DNA of 64,000 nucleotides, taken from contig MU619252.1 in the NCBI GenBank assembly GCA_025201805.1, positions 1 through 64,000 of the forward strand. The letters run 5' to 3'. This DNA comes from Parasitella parasitica NRRL 2501. Its lineage: Eukaryota; Fungi; Mucoromycota. Position 1 is the first letter of the stretch. Each line of letters opens with the position of its first letter. The notes under the pieces were generated by a model that ran no database searches, was not told where the DNA came from, and saw only the letters and a list, made by a program, of their open reading frames with translations. Shown piece after piece: positions 51,763-64,000 of this stretch. A program made the position numbers and the translations under genes.

Positions 51763-52841
51763 ATGGCAACATCTATCCCTTTGCTTGAAACACTTGAAAT
51801 TACTCTATCCGGCACTGGAGTTGCAGAATTAGCATTCAACAGACCCAATAGATACAATGCCCTCTCACCATTAGCCTACAGAGTAATGTGTCATCTCTTT
51901 TGATACTCTAAGGCCAACATTTAATAATTTTTGTTATTAGGATTGGCTTGCAGCTATTCAATGGGCATCAATATGCGATGCTGTCAAGGTTGTCGTCCTG
52001 ACTGGTCGTGGTAAATACTACACTTCAGGCCAAGAATTGCAAGAACCCGATAATAGCCCCGAAGGCAAAGAATTTGTCAAAAAGAGAAGATCAGTTACCA
52101 AGTAAATAATACTACCCAATCTGTATAAACAAGTACCGGAAAGATTCTTTAACACTTTGTTTCAGGACTTTGGTGGATGAACTAATTAACTTTCCCAAGT
52201 TATTGATTGCTGGTGTTAATGGTATAATGCGGCATAACCAACTAGACATTCTCTTTTACTCAAAAATAACAATAGGTCCTGCAATTGGGTTTGGTGTTAC
52301 CACACTTGCATTATGCGATGTTGTTTACACTGTCCCTGAAGCGACTTTTAATACCCCATTCATGAAACTAGCTTTTTGTGCCGAAGGTTGCTCGTCTCTT
52401 TTATTCCCTAAAATCATGGGCGTGTCTAAAGCCAACGAAATGCTGGTTAGTTGAACCACAATCCTGAGCGTGAATAAGTTTGTGCTCATAAGTATCTCTC
52501 TATAGTTGATGGGCCGCACATTTACTGCCCCTGAGCTCGTTGAATGTGGTTTTGTTAGCCGCATTTTGCCTTTGGAAGGCTTCCATGGTCAAGTTCTTGC
52601 ATTAGCTGAAGATGCAGCTAATTTCTCCTCTGATGCTCTTGCTGTCACCAAAAAATTGATCCGCGATGTTGATCGTCAGGAGCTACTCAAGGTAAACGAG
52701 GTTGAGATGATTAGATTAACAGAGCGCATGAAGGCCCAGGATTCCCAAGATGCTATTAATGCGTTTGTTGAGCAAGCAAAGAGAAAGAAGGCAGCTAAGC
52801 TTGCTAAGCAACAGAAACAGCAAGCCAAAAGCAAACTTTAG
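51763..52841 (+). CDS. ECI1: Peroxisomal delta3,delta2-enoyl-CoA isomerase (crotonase family); multi-exon
   Basis: FNRPNRYNAL, LTGRGKYYTSGQEL, GVNGPAIGFG, TPFMKLAFCAEGCSS and C-terminal PTS1 SKL*. Confidence 0.85.
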
Positions 52842-52979
52842 TGTTCCTGTAATAATAAATTTCTAACCGTATTACCAATACAACAAATATGAGAATTACG
52901 CCAAATCTGAAAATTTATTTAAAACAATATACCAGTGCAATGTAAAGTCTCCAAAAAAAAAAAAAAAAAAAAAGAGCGG

Positions 52980-53560
52980 TTATTATGCTACGAATAATTG
53001 GGGTCTTTTATCTCGTATAGTACCTTTCAACGGCTTTCTACCAAGCATTATTGATATTTTGACTCATAGTATCAGTAGACAACTTGTGAACCGCTAGTAT
53101 AGATCTAATTAAACGCCTCGCCAAGTCTAAATGTTGATTTTCGTACAATTGTATACATACTATGTTAGATTTCTGAATATTGAGATGCGTACAAATAGGA
53201 GCACAATCCATAGCAATATAATGCCCTGTAATTATCCCATGTCTGTCAAGTTCATCCAATGTTGCAGCCACAAATTTGAAATATTGACCCGCGGCAGTGC
53301 TACCTTTGTTCTTACTTTGTACAGCAGCGCCATCAATATTTCTAAACAGGCTCAGCGCTTCTCGGGCGCCTTCCGCAAACTGCTAGATTATCAAGCTGCA
53401 CCTATACTTTTAATAAAGACTCCAGTATTCTCAGACCCAAAGGAAAAGACACACTCACGTCGATCTCGAGCTCCATGGAGAAAATTATTTATAAACAAAC
53501 GAAGCTACTGTGATTTCAACAAAGACAGAGTCTTTTGACTTACGTCTTTAGAAAGTATGT
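52980..53560 (-). mobile_element. Degenerate Tc1/mariner transposase relic
   Basis: ATLDELDRHGIITGHYIAMDCAPI parallels DALDIMDEHPEMKGYHIVMDNAPI of the intact element. Stops and frameshifts present. Confidence 0.65.
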
Positions 53561-53706
53561 CTGCAAGTTTATATTGTTTAGCATCAAGCAAAGAGCTGTT
53601 TGATTAGGGTTTCATGTGTGGAAATGAATAAATAGAGGGATTAAATTTATCGCCATGTTCCGACATTTTTTTTTTTTTTTTCTTTTCGCTTTGAACATAA
53701 AAAATC

Positions 53707-56700
53707 ATGTCAAATGAAGAACACTACAGCAACAATGAACAATCTTCATCAAGACAACCTGCCGATTTGCGGCATGTTTTACTGGAGAAAAACATAAGCG
53801 ACAAGAAAAAGAAAAATGCACTGTCTGCTTGGGACAAAATTCGTGAAAATGTGAGCGATTTTCACCAGGAGAATGGCGCATTTGCGATTTCGCCTACATC
53901 TTCAAACAACACATCGGCCAGCTCATCTCGATGCAGCACTCCAAAGCTCCACCAGAACCAAAGCAACATTTATTCACCATTGTCAAAAAGCAAAAATTTA
54001 AATCCTTTTATACGATCATCTACATTTGATAACCATGGCAACGATAGCCGCCCAAACATCAGTTTGGCAAACACAACTTTGGTGGCGGCACAGGCTGCTG
54101 GTATGACCAACTTTGCTCGCAACTTTCGACCCGCTAGGCACCATAACGGTGTCATCTATGCCACATCCACTGCAGTACAACAGGACATATACCGTCTCGA
54201 ACGTGATCTGGATAAAATATTGGTTCAGCTACACCCAAGATCACAGCACGCCAGCTTTGCAGAATCCGCATCAACGCTCGTTTCCACCACCACAACGGCA
54301 GGAGCAGGAACAACAGCTGCTGGTGGTCAGTCCAGTGCTCCCACTACATTTTCAAAGAGATCAATGTTCCAACGAAACTCTGTCGCAGACATTTTTTCTG
54401 GATCATCAACGCCCAACTCTGGCACTATCACCCCAATACGAGAACCGTTACGACAGGATGTTACCAGGCTATCGTTCATAATGACATCCATCTTGAATTC
54501 AATGAAAAAGCACAAATCTGCTACCAGATTACCCTTGACCGGCGAGATCTTGGCGGTTCTGGCAGCTCCGTTTGACAGAGTGCCTTTGATAGGTACTTGT
54601 TTTGCGCATACATTGCACACCCCGTCAGCAGATGAAATTAACTGTTTTTGTAGCTACTGATTGCAATCAGGCCTTGGACACATTTGAATATATTCGAAGC
54701 AGATTTACGCAATTGGACTCCACAGTACGTATGATTTGGCACTATGGACAAGCAAGCGAATCAATACTTAATTTCACCATTGCTAGGAACACTTTGAACA
54801 ACTAATATTTTGCTGTCGATTATTAGGCCAAGGTGACATGAGTTTAAAGGTTAATATTAATAATGAATCTGGAAGAATTGCATGGCGATTAACGTAACAA
54901 ACATAGAAACGAGTGCTTGATCTACTAAATTCGCAATTGCTACACTGCAAGGAGAATCCAAGCTTTTTACCTTCAACACCTCCATCCTACCATTCCCTGG
55001 TTTATACCCTCACCAATGCCTTGACCCAGCTTTCAATCCAATCAAAACATCATACAGGCAGCGATATCAGAGAAAGCATTTTGAACGAGAGCAGCATTAA
55101 TATCATGAATATGGATCAAGATGAGATCCGATCTGGCATTTTGCATATTATAGATACACTAGCCAACGGCACCCTAATACCACCCACTGGACCTGCATGG
55201 TGTCAATACCACACTAAAGATTCCATACCCATCTCCATTGCTCAACTATGTGTAGTGGAGGGACTTTTGAAATGCGTAATGGTCGGCATTTGCAGTCAAA
55301 GTGATCCGTACCAAGGCTCTCATGAAGCGTCAAGAGCCGTCCTGAGCGAAAGAGCTCGAGACATTCTAATATTACAGGAACTACTACAGCGGTATTGGAT
55401 TGAGCCTGAACTGGATGCACAGCCTGCCTATTTCAAGATTATATTCTTGATCAGCGAGCTTGCCTGCGAGACGTTTTTGACGGCAAACGTACAAGACCTC
55501 AAGATCAAGACGTCCACGGCTTCATTGCTTTTGCCATTGGTGGTCGACAAACTATCGCCTGCTAAACTTCAGCAATATTTGGCAGATCGAAATACAGACG
55601 AAACGCAAAAAATGGTAACATCGAATGTGATTGTCATGTTGCTGGCTTTATTGTCTATTTGCAGCTTGGAAGAGCAGCCGCAGCCTCAAAGCAGCAGCAA
55701 CGCCTCATCGCCCAACTTGCACCCTAAACTATCCATGCCTGATTTTGCCAGCGATGATATCAACCTATCTTTCCTGGATTCTCAACACGACGCCCAGAGT
55801 ATCAATAGCTTTAACGTCAATAACTCAAACGATGCAGCTATGCGTAAATCTCTGCTTACATTGAAGGGGTACATTGCAGAGTTCTGGAGATCGGGGTATA
55901 GGGATTTTATCTTGACAGGGACAGAGGCCATGCTTCACGATGCAACAGGCGAGAGAACGGCAAGAGCATATCAGAATTTGGTATTTCATATTGATCCAGC
56001 CATGGGCGAAGAAATTGTCAAAAAGACACTACCGAGTTTATTCAAGCGACTTGTTGAAACATACCCGCCCGCCCTGCCTCCTCTCTGCAACATGCTATAT
56101 GAGCTATCAAAGCGATTCCGACCCTTCTTTTACAAATCGGTGGTTTCTTGCGTAGCATCGGACGATGAGGACAAGGTGTCCAAGCTAATGGCTCTGATTA
56201 CGGTTTTGCGTCGCTATCTTTCTGGCGTGCAACTGTGGATGCAAGATGCAGAGATGATCAATGTGCTTTTGTTGAGCGATATTGGGCTATCAGAGAAGCA
56301 ACAGCGCGAAGCTTCTCTTGCTTCGACTGCCAGTGCTGGTGCTGCTACTGCTGCTACCACAACTGGAACACCGCAGCTCAAAGCCAATAATGCCTCACAT
56401 GATACGCAATGGGGACGTACAACGTTAGGCCAGTGCGCAATAGCGACTGAATTTTTGTGGGCGGTCAAAGACCTTCGACTAAAGCAAAGAGATCCCAATC
56501 GCAACATGGAAGAGGACGAGGTGGCCAAAAAATTCTTGATTGATCTTGAGAGACGATTAGCTGTATTCCTGACTGCAAAAGAAAAGATGTCGATAGTACC
56601 TATGCCGCTGCGAGTTATCCTTTGCAATATCTTTATAGACATACGGTTTTTTTGCAACACCACTCATCGTCCTGGATGGCTGACCCGAGTCATTGCGTGG

Positions 56701-59700
56701 GCTTCTCAGCCAGTGGTGTCCACTCCTGAACATATCTATCATCACGTCCTGCCCACCATCAACCCTGATGAATCGCCGTCGCCCAACAACCCACACATCG
56801 AAAGTAGCATGCCAGCTCTGCATACGGGGCATTTATCTGACATTTCATACATGTTCCAGAGTTTGCACAGCGTTTATCTAAATGTCGTAGAGCAGCTCCA
56901 GTACGAAACGAATGATACGCATGACTATGGCGGATCCCTACTACGGCCTGGAAGCAGTAATCAGCAATTGTCGCAACAAAATGACAACAACACGGAAACC
57001 CGCTCAGGGCAAGTCCCTCGACATAAACGTCAGCAGGTGATCCAGACCATGTATCCTATTAGCAGATCTGCTGCCATGTCGCTTGATTTGAGCCCGCCTT
57101 TGACAATTAGCACGAAAGATAACCAAGATGGGCTAGTACCAGAGGGCCCTGCATTGAAACTGGCACGCTACAGGTTTGAAAATATGGAGGAAATAAACCA
57201 GCATCCGTTTGGATCAGTGTTTTCCTTACTTACGGCTGTCTTTACAACCCTATCATCGCATGAATTTGGCCGTCTTGTGAGGCCATTATGGGATCGTCAT
57301 ATGGATGATCGAAAACCTCAATCCTTTATGCCTGCTGTCTTTTTGCTGATGGAATGCGGTGAAAAAATACCCAAAACAATGATAGAAGTGTGCACACATG
57401 ATTTCTACAGGTAAGAATAAATAAATTAATGAATGAATAAACACATACGGCGTTGTCAGTATATACACAAAGGGACTAATAATCAAGCATTACTCAGTGG
57501 TGATCCATTACGGCGTCTAGCAGTAATCCAGAAGCATTCCTCCCTCAGTGCGTTCAGATTCAACGCCCTCAGCCAGGAATACATTCCCATTTCAAACAGA
57601 AAAAGGCCTTTCCGGGGCGATGGAGGTGCCTTTTCGACGCCATTTGTGCCTACTGACCTTGGCAGTAATCAGTTTACTCTGGATGAGCCTCGATGGATGT
57701 CCAAGCTGAAAAACGCCAGTAACTTTCCTATTGAGCTCAAGCGCCAAATCCAAGAACTCGGGTGGGACGATGACGATAACGGCGAAGAACACGAAGCTCT
57801 GAAGAAAGTGCTGACGCCGTTAGCATTGCTGCCGTCTCTTTTCCTGGAAGAGGAAGAAGACCGCATGAATGAAGACGAGAATCCTGGGGTGGTCGCCGCA
57901 CGGCAGAAGGGCAAAGCGGTCGATATAAACAAAATTATCACACGTCGAAAACGGGCTACGACGATTCAATCGCTGACAATCTCTTTTCTCAGTATGGTGG
58001 ATTTACTCAATGATGACTACGGCGGCGCATCCAATGCGTTGCGTGAAATGCTCGAGTACTTTTTGCGGGATGATCCGGCGCTGTTCTTGCGCGCTTTTCT
58101 GAACGATATGGGCAAATTCAAGCTGGAAAGACACAAAGACATGCTGACTCGGCTCAGATACCTTGTCAGCATGCAGCATAAATTGCCTCCTGGATTTACG
58201 CACATTCTGTTCAACTACTTGGCGGGTATGCTCAAATGGCTGATGAGGGAAAACAAAAAGAAGGATGGCCTTGTTCTGATGACGTTGATCCATCCTATTC
58301 TGGCAGAGCTCACTCTGTCGACAAACGATCTGTCCATTCGGGACCTTAGAAAGAACAAGATTGAGCATTTGTTGGTCAGCACTGGTCGCTTTTGGTTTAC
58401 CCATGAGCAGCCTGCGGAAGTATTTCCTCGCTACCTCTCCAGCAACAGCACTCCCTTTACAGTCCTTGACATTCCGGCTGAAATTTTTAATGTCGCCATG
58501 CTGCGTATTAGCCACATCCAGTTTCTGACAAACTATTTAGCTCGCTATCCTCGCGAGGTATATGCTGTCAAGAAGACACTGCAAGATTACGAACCTACAC
58601 CCATCCCAGGCGCCAGAAAGGAGCCCAACTGGATTGCAGACGAAACGTATTATCCAGACATATATAGACGCAAGCGCCGTGAAACCAACTCTTACATTTA
58701 CAATGGGGGAGAGGAAGAAGAAAGAGATACTGGTGGCGCTGGTGTTGCAGATCGAAGCGACGATTATGCCAAAGAGGCTATTAGACAGCCCAGCCAACAA
58801 AAGATAGACACAGAGGCATTATCAGCCCTTCGTGCGCGCATCTGGTTACGTTTTATCGATAACTTGCTAAACGGCTTGAACAAGAATTACAATGATCGTG
58901 ATGAGCTGGAGCGCATTCTGCAAGGCATCAATGCGATTATCACAGAACACGACCGAGACTTTGGCATTATCGGTCAGTCATTGATTTTATACACCCGTGT
59001 AGTAACACGGTTTAAGAGATTGTTTATTTCGAATCGAGGATATACAACATTTTTGCCTGCCTTGTTCAAGGTATTTTGCGAGGTCGACTGCTTCCCTCAG
59101 GTGCGATCTGCTATTATTTTTGCCTGGTGTCGCTTTTACGCTGTCCATGAAGAGTCGTTTGTGTTCCAAATGCTGGGTACGTTGGTGCCTACTATTTTAG
59201 GCGCTTATGAAAAATCAAATGAATTAGGTTCCTGGATGGTAGATAACCTATTTGTACTGATGCAAGCGATGCACGACCCTCCACAGCTTGGCGCTACGTC
59301 TGACGTGCTTGGCTTACAGCTGCAAGTGGAACTAGACGACCATGAGCGCAGTATTCAGGAACGCATTGATGCAGCCAGTAATCCTATGGCAATTCCGCTG
59401 TCGACTGCTATTTTGAAGCCCTTGGCCAGAAGCGTCACTGCGCCCATTGCACCTCTTGATATCAACAACTACAGCAGACGATCATTCGAACTTGCCAATT
59501 TCGTAAAGCTTTTTTTGACGATTATCGCATACGATGCTGGGTCTCTGCGCGCAGAACAGTTTGTCAAGATATTCCGCCACTTGATATCTCGTTTCCACAA
59601 ACTCCATATGCTCAAAGACCTCGTTGACGAGGGTATTGCTGCTCTGGTTGGTGTGTTTGCCAATTTCAGCAAGCACGCCAAGGTGGCATTGAACACTGCA

Positions 59701-61872
59701 AATCCCTCCGCGTCCAACTTGGGTTATCAGGGCGTGTCTTCGGGTGTAGACAATGACAGTAGAGTCCCTGGAAGCGGAGCACGAACGGAATCGGCGCAGC
59801 ATGCCTACGGTAAGCAGTGGCAGCAAAACGACAAACTGACTGTCCGAATGGAATTCATCCTTCTGGTGCATGAATACCTCAAACACGACGGCACGTTGTC
59901 GGAAGTCTGCCATGAGAAAATGGCCCTTATCATCCGTACGGTTATGCGGGATTATGGCAACATCAAAGGCCTTACGTTCAAGTCAGACTGGCTCAAGGGC
60001 TACCTCGTTGACTGTTTGCATTCGATGGTTGACACAAGAAACTACACAAAATCATTCAAGAAACTGCTGAATCAGATCAATTCTCAATATCGCTCCCAGT
60101 GGAAGACGATGGATGCATCTGATTTATACGAAGGTTTAGCTATTCTGCTAGAACAGGGCCAAGGAAAACCGGTGAATATGCACGACATTGCTGGCGTGCT
60201 GAATGAAAAATTTGTTCCATTTGGGCTGGACATAGCTACGAGGATCGACTGGGAAAACGATACAAAGGGATATAACAAATTCTGTAATTCCCTTGTGCGC
60301 CTGATTATTGCAGTGATGGAAAACTCTACCCAGGATGTCCTTGGCGAGTTTGAACAGTTGACGCCCACTCCAGGCCTGATTGCTCATATCATTATCCCAA
60401 TCTGCCTTCAATACAACCTGCAACTGGATTACAGCAACTCGTCTATGCCTGGCAGATTTAGGCCTGATCCCACCGGCAACTGGACTCGCTTGCTCAACTA
60501 CATCTCGCGTGCTTGCAGTCAGGCGTCTCTAATGAAGAGCAAATCCTCTGGTTTCTCCCTGTCGCAGCTTACCCAAAGCATGGGGCAGAACACAAATCAA
60601 GATGGCATAGACCCAACTGATTTCCCCGATATCAAGGATCGAAAACAGACACCACAGTCAGTGGCATTGCTATTCTCGCTCAGTTTTGTCGCAATGAAGA
60701 TCATCCTGGTTCGTGGCAGTAGTTCATTCAACAAACTCAAAGGATCTTGGGTTCAGGTTGCATTTTTCATCAAAAGCGCTCTCATATTTGGCCAAACACT
60801 CAAGTTTCTCAAGCCTAAATCAGGCAAGTCGACGCCCAACATGCCAACATCGCCAGTAGCAGGCAATCTATCGCCTGGAGGCCCATTGAATGGCGGTCTC
60901 TCGCCTGGCATTGCCAACTGGACAAATCCCTCTACAGATGGCCGAGCCTCATTCTCGTTTACTGCACCGCTAAGCACAAGCACTGTCTATGATTTTACGA
61001 CATGGCGGTTCCTGGAGTTTGTTATCTGTTATCGCTGTCCTCTGCTTGTATTTTTAAAGGGTTTTATTCATGAAAAGTTACTGGATATGGGCGGTAACAC
61101 CAATAATAGGTCTTCAATCTATGCGCCTAGTCCCAGCCCTCGTGTTAGCATGAACTTTGGCAATAGCAGTTGCTATTCTCCTCCTGCGTTTACAAAGGAA
61201 ACCAACAGCTCTCGCTGGAAAAGCTGGGGCGGTGGATCGTCCACATCGCCCCCACACAAGCTAAATCAATCGTCAGTCGTTGGCATTATTCCACAGCTCA
61301 ATGTGCAGGATACTGATGCTCTAAGCATACAGATGCCGGAGGGATCTCCAACCTGCGGCCTGGGCTTGCACATTCCTGGCAAGCCTAGCTACAGCAGCTC
61401 TACGAATGTCCCACTTGCGCCAGCATCACCCTCGCTGTCTATTAACCTCGCATCAGAATTTTCAGATGCTGAGGTCGCCTTTCCTGCTGGCGGTAGTAGC
61501 AGTATACATTCACCAAAGCAGCAGGCTAAAAGCCGGCCATCCTCGTCTATTTCTGCGCCCGGGCAGATTCTGTTAAACAGTATGAACCGAGACAACGCCA
61601 CATCCACAGTTTTGCATGTTTTCCACGCAGAATCCATTACATCCATTGTACATGTGCAAATCGCAATGGGTTTTAAGCCTGCTCTGCCTTGGATGGCTGT
61701 TAATAAGCGTCAGCAGCTGAAGCCATGGAGCCAAAGGGAGTCTGTTGCCAAATTGGCTAATGAATGGCAATTGCTATTACAATTGTATGCTGAAACGGAT
61801 CTGTCTATTGCCAAAAGCAACTCTCAAAACAATGCTTCCAATATAAATGTGGCTAATACGCCTTTGATTTGA
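53707..61872 (+). CDS. Very large (~2600 aa) UNC-80-like protein; multi-exon
   Basis: Long consecutive exons (53707-, 54913-, 57433- ORFs). PFVPTDLGS...DEPRW, LFISNRGYTTFLPALFKVF...AWCRFYAVHEESFVFQ and LFLTIIAYDAGSLRAEQF resemble, from recall, conserved UNC-80 C-terminal blocks. Confidence 0.72.
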
Positions 61873-62011
61873 TCACCATCTTTGTATATCGGTATATAAT
61901 AATAATAATAAAGAATTTTAAATATGCGTATATTTTGGATGCTTGTATGTTTGTATGTAATTGTTACAAATGAATGAATGAGGGATAATATATATAAATA
62001 TTTAGCAAAAT

Positions 62012-62842
62012 TTAGTAGTTCACATTGCTTGGCATTCTGTAATGCTGGTAAGGGCCAGGCATGAATCCCAACGAGTTTCCTTGCATTATAGGCGATGAGA
62101 TACTTTTGGCAAACAGTCTATGTTGCTCCAAAGTCTGTTGCGCTCGCTTTTGTCTGCGTTTACGGTATATATGAACGCCAATGACGGTTGCAGCAGCGTA
62201 AACACAGACGCTAACGCCAACACAGATCCCAATTATGCCTCCCTTTGGTAGTCCTCCTTGGCTATCGTTTGCATTACCCTTACTTGATTGCTCAGCGTGA
62301 TCAGTATCGCCATTAGGATCTGCTAAAGCACCTGGTCCGCCTCCAGAGTTGATAATGGCTTTAGCAGTAATAGGGTAACTACGGTCAATATATGTGGGCA
62401 GTTGGCCATTTTTGCTGTCATATAAAGGGCTGCTAGAATTGGTGATAAGCGCCTGCAATTCGTTCACTTCGGTCTTTGGAATGGCAACAGAAACCATGAC
62501 ACCGTTGTTGTCATTGTTGTTGTTGTCGTTGTTGCTAGCATCAGAGCGTTTCTTGTTAACGGTTGCAGCTGATTTCTGAATAGACACAACAATAACATTA
62601 TCAGCGCTGGTATCCAGTGCATCGCCCAGCATCAAAGGTATCTCTTGGACCATCTGCGCTGTCAAAAGTGCATCTGATACTAATTTAGCGTATGAAATGC
62701 TATTAAACTTGATGAATGTCACTTGGCTCGAATCTATTGATTGTGTGTGGTATTGATGTTTTTCCTGCGCTGACTGGTTTTCTTTTACTTGAGCAAGACG
62801 AACAAGCGTAATGATAAAAAAAAAAAAAAAACAAAAATAATA

Positions 62843-62887
<45 letters not shown>

Positions 62888-64000
62888 TTAGGCGGATGGC
62901 TACAGATAAACAATGCATTTAAATTTACCTGGGATGATAGCATTCAAATTGGGCGTAATGTACTGTGGCAGATTATTTTCAGTGCTAGAGGAAAAAGGAT
63001 CGTCGGCTGTAGCAGTTGTGCTTGAGGTAGCTGTACTGGATTCGGATTTACTGGATGTAGCTGAGCTGGATTCAAGTGTACTGGATGTAATTGTGCTGGA
63101 TTCTGATGTACTGGATGTAGTTGTGCTGGACTCAGATGTACTGGATGCAATTGTGCTAGAATTAGTCGTGCTAGACGTGGCTGTACTAGACGCAGTTGAA
63201 CCAGATTCGGTGGTAGTAGTATCTTCTTCATCTTTAGCCTGCGAACTAGATGCAGATGTTGTGTCATCATCAGTCAAAAAAGAAGCCGTTTGTGTAGAAG
63301 CTGTTGTCAGTGTAGGCTCTTCTTGGGTGGATGTAACTGTATTTGTAGTTATGTTTGTAGCCGTAATGGTGCCTGTTGTAGTTTTAGTAGTAGTTGTGGT
63401 GGGGGTATTTGTTGTGGTTGTTGTGGTCGTTGCAGTAGTTGTAGTAGTTGTAGTAGTTGAGCTGTAATACATAAAAGGTTCTGAAAGCCAAGCTAATGTC
63501 TCGTACCTGTAAGTCGATTTAGGTATGTCGCTTACTGCATCATCACTATAAATCTCTGTGGCTGTAGTCTGAGTAGGCTCAGTCGTAGTTGTCGCGCTAG
63601 TCGTGATAGTTGTGGTGGGAGCAGCAGAAGTAGTGGAAGTGGAAGAGATAGTATGGTCTTTTGTAATTGATGACAATCGTGTATGTTTAGTCGAGGCATT
63701 ATCCGTTGGAACGGGTGTTCCAATCTTGATGGTTAATGATTCAATGGTCATCGCTGTTCTTTCATTATCCGTTGAAACAATAGAGCTATGTTGTAGAGAG
63801 ATCGATTTTTGTCTATTTGATTCAGAATGATATCCTGTTGGTGTTGGTGCTGTAATCATCAATGTGTGCTTGGCAGAAGCAAACATATCCACGCTGGTAG
63901 TACTTGCAGTATTTGGTAATGAAATCTCGCTAGATGTTGGTTCAGCAAGCGTTTCATCAAAAGTTTTGCTGCTAGTTGAATGAGTTGGTAGAAGTCTATT
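62012..64000 (-). CDS. MSB2: Msb2/Hkr1-like signalling mucin (5' end outside window)
   Basis: Long Ser/Thr-rich region, HMH-like domain (LITNSSSPLY...QLPTYIDRSYPI), TM GIIGICVGVSVCVYAAATVIGV followed by RKRR, and tail ISSPIMQGNSLGF. Intron at ~62800-62928. Confidence 0.78.
63010..63200 (-). repeat. Coding tandem repeat, ~30-bp units (SSTSESSTTT-like)
   Basis: About 6 copies of (G)CTGGATTC...GTACTGGATGTAG in the mucin region. Confidence 0.85.

Noticed and set aside
55214-61770. Numerous minus-strand ORFs of 60-170 aa
   Set aside because: They are antisense to the long UNC-80-like exons and have no motifs.
62913-63467. Val/Asp-rich plus-strand ORF
   Set aside because: It is the antisense shadow of the Ser/Thr-rich mucin codons.

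Overview
Eukaryotic, AT-rich fungal genomic DNA with short GT-AG introns, very long poly(A)/poly(T) runs and two 10-N gaps. Gene content and transposon types point to Mucorales (Mucoromycota); this is an inference. The window holds about 20 host genes: GAL7, a Zn2Cys6 transcription factor, VMS1/ANKZF1, a Pho80/Pcl cyclin, TIP41, ATE1, SLY1, PRE2, SUMO, SCO1, NAP1, an MBOAT acyltransferase, VMA11, ARMC8/VID28, an MCT-type MFS transporter, a UBE2T-like E2, an enoyl-CoA isomerase, a ~8 kb UNC-80-like gene, an Msb2-like mucin and two hypothetical proteins. It also holds one tRNA-Asn, a PhyH-family pseudogene, solo-LTR-like repeats, one apparently intact DD34E Tc1/mariner element and two Tc1 relics. 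The most notable object is a ~3.4 kb transposase-free element (about 43264-46634). It carries a spliced Fanzor (eukaryotic TnpB-like, RNA-guided nuclease) gene between inverted arrays of ~21-bp AGACG repeats. This copy looks mutationally damaged, but it defines a candidate OMEGA-type system with a putative omega-RNA region at its 3' end. Exon boundaries were read by eye, and no database searches were run.
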